Positions 37,699-42,694 of a stretch of 42,694 nucleotides of DNA are shown in pieces (the stretch's first letter is position 1; each line of letters starts with the position of its first letter). This DNA comes from a virus (lineage: Duplodnaviria; Caudoviricetes). The notes below the pieces were generated by a model. It did no database searches and was not told where the DNA came from. It saw only the letters and a list, made by a program, of their open reading frames with translations. The stretch spans positions 1 through 42,694 of IMG/VR virus record IMGVR_UViG_3300008255_000209. One strand, given 5' to 3'. The position numbers and the translations under genes are program-made.

Positions 37699-37727
37699 AC
37701 CCTACCCCATTAAACCTCACCTGTCAA
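37699..37727 (-). promoter_or_regulatory. Antisense promoter P5
   Basis: TTGACA-17 bp-TAGGGT, followed by TCTTATTCTT leader. Confidence 0.6.
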
Positions 37728-37729
37728 CC

Positions 37730-39622
37730 ATGAACCCAACATTCCAACAGATCGAAGACGCAATCAGGAACAGTCCGGCACTGGAAGACCCCTCTGACCC
37801 AAGAGACCTCCCCGTAGGCGAGTTTCTGGGTGATAGGGTGGAACTACCCACTACCTTCTCTCTCAGACCTCAGATGACCCCTGTACGCAACCAGGTGGGC
37901 CGGGGAACGTGTCATAGCGATGACACAGAAGTTTTAACGGATAATGGCTGGAAACTCTTTGAGAAACTAACAGATGAAGATTTACTGGGGACGGTTAATC
38001 CTAATACTTTTTTTTTAGAATTTCAAAAGCCTTCTGAAAGGCAAAAAATATCGTACAAAGGGGAATTATATACTGTTAGGGGGGCAAGTTTAGATTTTTC
38101 TGTTACACCGGACCATAGAATGTTTGTAAGAAAATTTAATCAAAAAAAAAGAACTCTTGAAGAAGACTATCAGTTTGTTGAAACGAAAGAGATTGGTTGG
38201 TATACAGGGCTTCTTCCTACGACACAAGGTTTTAATGGCACAAGAATAAAAAAAATGTTTGGAATTGAGGGGGATGATTTCATGAGATTCTTAGGGATTT
38301 TTATAGCAGACGGATGGATTTATCAAAGACGAGATTCACAGTATGGATATAAAATAGGTTGCTGTTGTTTTGACGAGAGGTACTATGAAGAGATTTATGA
38401 ATTGTTAATTTCTATAGGGTTTAGAGAACAACCCGCCCGCAAAGGCTACTTCTATTTTTCCTGTGGAAAAGAGATGTACGATTATTTATACCATTTTGCA
38501 GGTCAAAAAGCTCTTAAGAAATTTGTTCCTGATTCGATAAAAAACGCATCCCAATATCAAATAAATTTATTTTTAGATTGGTTTGCAATGGGAGACGGTG
38601 GGGTGAATAAGGGGCAACATCGTTATTATACATCTTCTCCGAGACTAGCAGGCGATTTGCAAGAGCTTCTTCTTAAAATTGGGAAGAGAAGCTCTATTTC
38701 TATTCGTGACCGAAAAAACTATTTCTCAATTATAAACGGAAGAAAAATAAAGCAAACAGCCCCTTCGTATACAATTGGACTATGGAGGAAAAATACTCTT
38801 TCAATAATTGCAAAAAAACAAATAGAAATAGAAGAATATGATGGATTTGTATATTGTGCGACTGTGCCGAACTCAATACTGGTTACTCGCCGCAACGGCA
38901 AAATTCTCATTTCAGGAAACTGTAATGCCCATGCCTGTCTTGCAGTAGCTGAGTTTTTCAACGCTCAGGAGTATAAAAACCCCTCCCTCAATCTCTCGGA
39001 AGAATATCTCTATAAGCGGATCAAAGACATTGACGTGCTTGATTATAATTTTGACGGATATGGCTCCTTTGCCCGCTCAGGAATGAAGGCGCTCCAGAAG
39101 TACGGGGCTTGTGAAGAAGTCACTTTGCCATATCAGGGGCAAGGTAAAGAGGACTCATGGAAGACTCTGGAGTTGACGGAGGATATGGATAAAGAAGCCC
39201 TGAAATATAAAAGTGACGGGTATGTGGCCATCCCTATTACCGTTGAACTCTGCAAACGCACCCTCTTTGAGAAAAACGCACCTTTTGTGATGGGGTTCAA
39301 ACTTTACGAAAACTACAGGGAAGGATATGAGACAGGTGTCATCCCTTTCAAAGACGGGCAGAAGGTGGGTGGACATTTCATTGCCGTCACGGGCTGGAAC
39401 GAAACCCATTTTGAGTGTAAGAACTCATGGGGGTCATGGGGAGATCAAGGCTATATCTGGCTCCCCTTCACCATGATTGATCTGTACTTCTCAGCATGGT
39501 CGATTATTGACCGGGTGGATCGGGATGAGATCAGAAGGGTTCTCAGGACAAGAAGAATCATAAGAGACCGCAAACGACGACAACGGGCAAAAAAAACAGG
39601 TCACACTCTTTCCACTCCTTAA
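37730..39622 (+). CDS. Papain-family (C1A) cysteine peptidase containing an intein; putative lysin
   Basis: DPRD, PVRNQ.G.GT|C, LSEEYLY, GGHFIAVTGW, KNSWG.WGDQGY. Confidence 0.92.
   Translation: MNPTFQQIEDAIRNSPALEDPSDPRDLPVGEFLGDRVELPTTFSLRPQMTPVRNQVGRGTCHSDDTEVLTDNGWKLFEKLTDEDLLGTVNPNTFFLEFQKPSERQKISYKGELYTVRGASLDFSVTPDHRMFVRKFNQKKRTLEEDYQFVETKEIGWYTGLLPTTQGFNGTRIKKMFGIEGDDFMRFLGIFIADGWIYQRRDSQYGYKIGCCCFDERYYEEIYELLISIGFREQPARKGYFYFSCGKEMYDYLYHFAGQKALKKFVPDSIKNASQYQINLFLDWFAMGDGGVNKGQHRYYTSSPRLAGDLQELLLKIGKRSSISIRDRKNYFSIINGRKIKQTAPSYTIGLWRKNTLSIIAKKQIEIEEYDGFVYCATVPNSILVTRRNGKILISGNCNAHACLAVAEFFNAQEYKNPSLNLSEEYLYKRIKDIDVLDYNFDGYGSFARSGMKALQKYGACEEVTLPYQGQGKEDSWKTLELTEDMDKEALKYKSDGYVAIPITVELCKRTLFEKNAPFVMGFKLYENYREGYETGVIPFKDGQKVGGHFIAVTGWNETHFECKNSWGSWGDQGYIWLPFTMIDLYFSAWSIIDRVDRDEIRRVLRTRRIIRDRKRRQRAKKTGHTLSTP
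37910..38920 (+). mobile_element. Intein with LAGLIDADG homing endonuclease (337 aa)
   Basis: Block A CHSDDTEVLTDNGW, block B TPDH, FLGIFIADG and FLDWFAMGDG, block F/G VYCATVPN...ISGN|C. Confidence 0.93.
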
Positions 39623-39633
39623 TTTTCTTTTTT

Positions 39634-39840
39634 ATGACACAAGAAAAATACAGTTTCGATCCTGAAACGTGTAAAAAAATCATTAAAGGAGTCCTCCTTG
39701 CCGCTACAGGAGGCTTGGCTATCGGGCTTCTGGATTATATAGGAACTGTCCAGATAGATTCACCTATTCTTGCGGCTATGATAGCCACAATTATACCGGC
39801 AGGAATCAATGCCGTACGAGAATTTATGAAAGGCCAATAA
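39634..39840 (+). CDS. Holin (putative)
   Basis: 68 aa, two hydrophobic helices, adjacent to the peptidase. Confidence 0.7.
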   Translation: MTQEKYSFDPETCKKIIKGVLLAATGGLAIGLLDYIGTVQIDSPILAAMIATIIPAGINAVREFMKGQ

Positions 39841-39851
39841 TCTTTGTTAAG

Positions 39852-40076
39852 ATGAAAGACCAAGGGGAACTACTGGCGGGATTGGCAAATGATATGAGGT
39901 GGGTCAAGGAGATGCTGACCGAACTCAAACAGGAAATGCCTAAGAGATATGCCCAACGCTGGGTTCAGACGGTGGTTACTTTTATCCTGTCCGGCCTTGG
40001 AGCAGTTATAATAGGAGCAATTATGGGGTTAATTCTCACCAAGCCTCTTTTAGTTTTCCTGCTGAGGTTCGTGTGA
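39852..40076 (+). CDS. Small membrane protein (holin/XhlA-like)
   Basis: N-terminal coiled coil plus C-terminal hydrophobic segment. Confidence 0.6.
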   Translation: MKDQGELLAGLANDMRWVKEMLTELKQEMPKRYAQRWVQTVVTFILSGLGAVIIGAIMGLILTKPLLVFLLRFV

Positions 40077-40082
40077 CCCTAC

Positions 40083-40316
40083 TCACAGATCCTCCCCTGT
40101 TTCAGTGTTTACAATTTTACACGCTAACCTCGTTTTGTTGTGTTTGGAATTGTGAACCCCAAAACATTCCTGAAGAGTAAAAACAAGGTTAAGGAAGGCT
40201 CTTTGTTCGCTCTCAAACTCTTCTCCTTTGGGATCAATTTCAAAAACATGTAAGCCGTCTTCCGTTCTCATTAGATACCCGTTTACTCCTTTCTCGACTT
40301 TAACAGAAAATTCCAT
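40083..40316 (-). CDS. Hypothetical protein
   Basis: ATG at 40316 (MEFSVKVEKGVNGY...). Confidence 0.65.
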   Translation of the reverse strand: MEFSVKVEKGVNGYLMRTEDGLHVFEIDPKGEEFESEQRAFLNLVFTLQECFGVHNSKHNKTRLACKIVNTETGEDL

Positions 40317-40493
40317 AGTTTTTTGTAATCGAATAAAAATGCTTTTGTAATTCCCTAAAGTGATTTTTGTAAACCCCTCCACCCCTATGTTTTTTGGTCA
40401 AGTAAAAGACAAAAAAGCCGAAAGGGGGAGAGGAGGAGATCAAAGGCTTTAGTTGTGGGCCTTTGGTCAATTGGAAGGATACCATAAACCCCC

Positions 40494-40523
40494 TTGACTC
40501 CGAAGAGGTAGGGAAGATATGGT
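40494..40523 (+). promoter_or_regulatory. Candidate promoter of the large ncRNA
   Basis: TTGACT-18 bp-TATGGT with no credible ORF downstream. Confidence 0.55.
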
Positions 40524-40529
40524 ATTTGG

Positions 40530-41325
40530 TGTAACTCCAAATCAAGTATGACTAATCAAGTATGACTGCTGAACACACACAACGCAAGCAAAAAACTCCC
40601 CTGACTGTTGATAGGGGGGTAAAGGATTTTTGGGAACGCAAATTGCGGAAATCAATGCCAAAAATAAAAAAAGATAATTCTCCCCCATGGTGGGGAAAAT
40701 CAAAGCTGTGGAGGAAAGACTCACAGCGTATTTATGGGTAGCCAGTATTAAATTTCAGTGATGTCATACTGGTGAGTTCGGTCAAATGTCCTTTGAAACT
40801 TTATTGGGAAACTGCAAAACGCCCTGGACCGAGATGATATGGCCAGGGTAAAACCTCTAAAACTGGAGTGAAATGCCCCTTGGAAGGGGAGATCCAGTAT
40901 AATGAGCTTTAACAATTCTGTATAACCGCGATTCCGTACAGATTTAGAAATAATAAAGACAAGAAGGCAGGTGAAAGGTAGATGCAAAGGCGGGTCTAAC
41001 GAACGTACTTACAAGCTATCCGTTACCAGTGATATTGAACCGCTCTGATAAATCAAGGGCTGCAATCACTCCTGACTAACACCTTCTTTTTTATTTCATT
41101 GGTAAAGCTATAATCACACTTCTGCGAATTCCCCTGGTAGTGCGGGGGCTGGTATAATGAAACCAAGGTAACAAAAGAGGGATAATTCCAATAAAGTAGT
41201 AACAGGTTGAAAAAAGCTCCTTGCTTAAAGGAAGCCTGGACTGAAACCTAATTCAGGGTGGTGGGGGGTTTCTCTCTTCTCTTCACTGAGACCTTTGTAT
41301 CTCTCCTTCCAACCAATAGATACAA
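40530..41325 (+). ncRNA. Candidate giant structured ncRNA (GOLLD/ROOL size class; boundaries approximate)
   Basis: ~800 nt without credible ORF in a gene-dense genome; more than 12 helices, multiloops and apparent pseudoknots. Confidence 0.7.
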
Positions 41326-41326
41326 C

Positions 41327-41827
41327 CTAAGCCGCCTCCCCTTTCACGACATTACTGGGGTTAAGAGAAAGCATTGTCATAGCAAACGAGAAGGAATCCA
41401 GTATCTTCTCTTCATTCTCTTCCAATTGGCCCTCAATAACGGGGATCGCCATGAACCGCTCAAGATTAGCTTTTAGGGGTTCTTTTATGGTTTCGTCCTG
41501 AAACCCACATATCAGGCCATGATTTTCGTTCAGGACTTTTGTGGCTTCCTGCATAGTCCCCCTCAACCTATTCCGAAGACCCTGTACCACGGCCAGGTCA
41601 TAAGCCAGCTCAAAGGTAAGCTTATCAGCCGGCACGACAATGTTTTTCCGGTCACACTTCCCCGCTCTCTGAACCCGCTTCAAACAATCTTCGAGCATTT
41701 CTTTTACCTCTTTGAAAATGGTAAAAATCCGAGCCATAGAATCAAGACTCGCAAGTCTTACTTCATCCCATCTGGAATGAAGAGGTTTGCAACTTTCATA
41801 AATAGTGCTAAGTTTTTGCTCCTTCAT
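41327..41827 (-). CDS. Hypothetical helical protein
   Basis: 166 aa, ATGA-coupled to the upstream gene. Confidence 0.7.
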   Translation of the reverse strand: MKEQKLSTIYESCKPLHSRWDEVRLASLDSMARIFTIFKEVKEMLEDCLKRVQRAGKCDRKNIVVPADKLTFELAYDLAVVQGLRNRLRGTMQEATKVLNENHGLICGFQDETIKEPLKANLERFMAIPVIEGQLEENEEKILDSFSFAMTMLSLNPSNVVKGEAA

Positions 41828-42267
41828 TCGAAAATTTTAAATTTACCCTTGAAATGCAAGTTACATTTTTTCAGGTGGTCAAAAACTTCTTCACGAACTC
41901 CTTTGACCGCCGCCTCAGACGACTGATATCCCTTATCAAGAAGAGGAAGATCAACCCCTCTTTTTGCGTTAATGACTGCTGCTGCGAGGTTGACCCTGAC
42001 TTTGCTTAAAAGGTCTAATAAGTATGGCTTCATGTCCGCGAGGTAGGTGTCTACCGAAATAATGATGAGATACTTCTTCCTCACCCCATCAATATCCTCA
42101 GGCGTTCTGATGACTCTTTGGAGGGCGATGACTTCCTTGAGAGCCTGCTCCAGCCTCCCCCTGATTCCGTCAATGGCCTCAATAACCAACCCCTCAGAAT
42201 TCTCAGTATAGCTGAGAAGGTCTTCGTAGGCGGAAATTAAATCCTTCTGATCGTATTCAGGGTTCAT
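41824..42267 (-). CDS. Hypothetical helical protein
   Basis: 147 aa. Confidence 0.7.
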   Translation of the reverse strand: MNPEYDQKDLISAYEDLLSYTENSEGLVIEAIDGIRGRLEQALKEVIALQRVIRTPEDIDGVRKKYLIIISVDTYLADMKPYLLDLLSKVRVNLAAAVINAKRGVDLPLLDKGYQSSEAAVKGVREEVFDHLKKCNLHFKGKFKIFE

Positions 42268-42270
42268 AAA

Positions 42271-42694
42271 TCATAAAATAGTAATACCTTTATTCTTATC
42301 GAGCTTGAGAGCCTCACTCATGACCTTTCTTCTGATCTCCATAATGATCTCATTTTTGCCTTTCATAAGGCCCTGCTCATACGCACTTTCCTTGTAATCG
42401 TTTCCTTTTTTAGGGTCTGTCCGAACAGGCCCCAGAAGAAACCCCTTTAAGATTCCCTGAATTTTGTTTTTGGCATGGATTTCTTCTCGGGACACCGCAT
42501 AACTGATCCCATCCTCGTGTCCTCTTCCATATGCCCGTACAAGCTTCTCTTTTATTTCTTCTCTCAAGCTTTCCAGTTCCGCCCTGTGCTGTTTTTCGAG
42601 TTCGTCAATGAGAACTATCATTTGGCCCACGTCTCTCGTCTGAGCGGCTCTGAGGAGCTTCCGGTGCGTGCTCTCAGGGGTACTGTAGTACTTG
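42271..42694 (-). CDS. Hypothetical protein (frame open to the right edge)
   Basis: No in-frame stop between 42693 and the GTG at 42630. Confidence 0.65.
   Translation of the reverse strand, partial: KYYSTPESTHRKLLRAAQTRDVGQMIVLIDELEKQHRAELESLREEIKEKLVRAYGRGHEDGISYAVSREEIHAKNKIQGILKGFLLGPVRTDPKKGNDYKESAYEQGLMKGKNEIIMEIRRKVMSEALKLDKNKGITIL

Larger units (their letters stand above)
1..42694. mobile_element. Tailed bacteriophage genome (podovirus-like), near complete
   Basis: TerS/TerL, portal, capsid, adaptor/nozzle, ejection, lysis and replication modules in canonical order; no host housekeeping genes; no tape-measure, tail tube or sheath recognised. Confidence 0.95.

Noticed and set aside
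40542-40987. Minus-strand ORFs 40542..40724 and 40748..40987
   Set aside because: Non-ATG starts, no protein-like motifs; the region is better explained by RNA structure
1-42694. Stop-codon reassignment (code 25 or 15)
   Set aside because: Core genes are full length in code 11, and TGA/TAG end genes at sensible positions with ATGA overlaps

Overview
The window looks like a near-complete (possibly circular) ~42.7 kb tailed-phage genome with podovirus-like, P22/T7-type architecture. It reads in the standard genetic code. Start codons follow U-rich leaders rather than Shine-Dalgarno sites, which suggests (inference only) a CPR/Patescibacteria-like host. Layout: leftward early/accessory genes (1-5.7 kb: LRR-like/DUF6745-like gene pair, VRR-NUC, RecB-like nuclease, putative SSB, RHH regulator, cold-shock protein, muramidase-like ORF); a rightward replication operon (HNH, initiator with hexamer repeats, AEP primase, DnaB-like helicase); a short leftward block (beta-clamp-like, four-helix bundle); and a long rightward late region (TerS, repeat-rich spacer, TerL, portal, scaffold, capsid, fibres, adaptor/nozzle, ejection proteins incl. 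an M23 peptidase, lysis cassette). No integrase, DNA polymerase, reverse transcriptase, tRNA or CRISPR array was recognised. Most notable observations: (1) a ~750 nt ORF-poor, promoter-preceded, densely base-paired and pseudoknotted region at ~40.5-41.3 kb that looks like a giant ncRNA; (2) a papain-family protease in the endolysin slot, interrupted by a LAGLIDADG intein whose +1 residue is the catalytic Cys; (3) a probable -1 frameshift fusing a membrane anchor to a muramidase-like domain; (4) an unannotated antisense 26-aa membrane peptide with its own promoter after the ejection genes; (5) a pseudoknotted leader ahead of the replication operon. All family calls are from motif recognition by eye, not from database searches.
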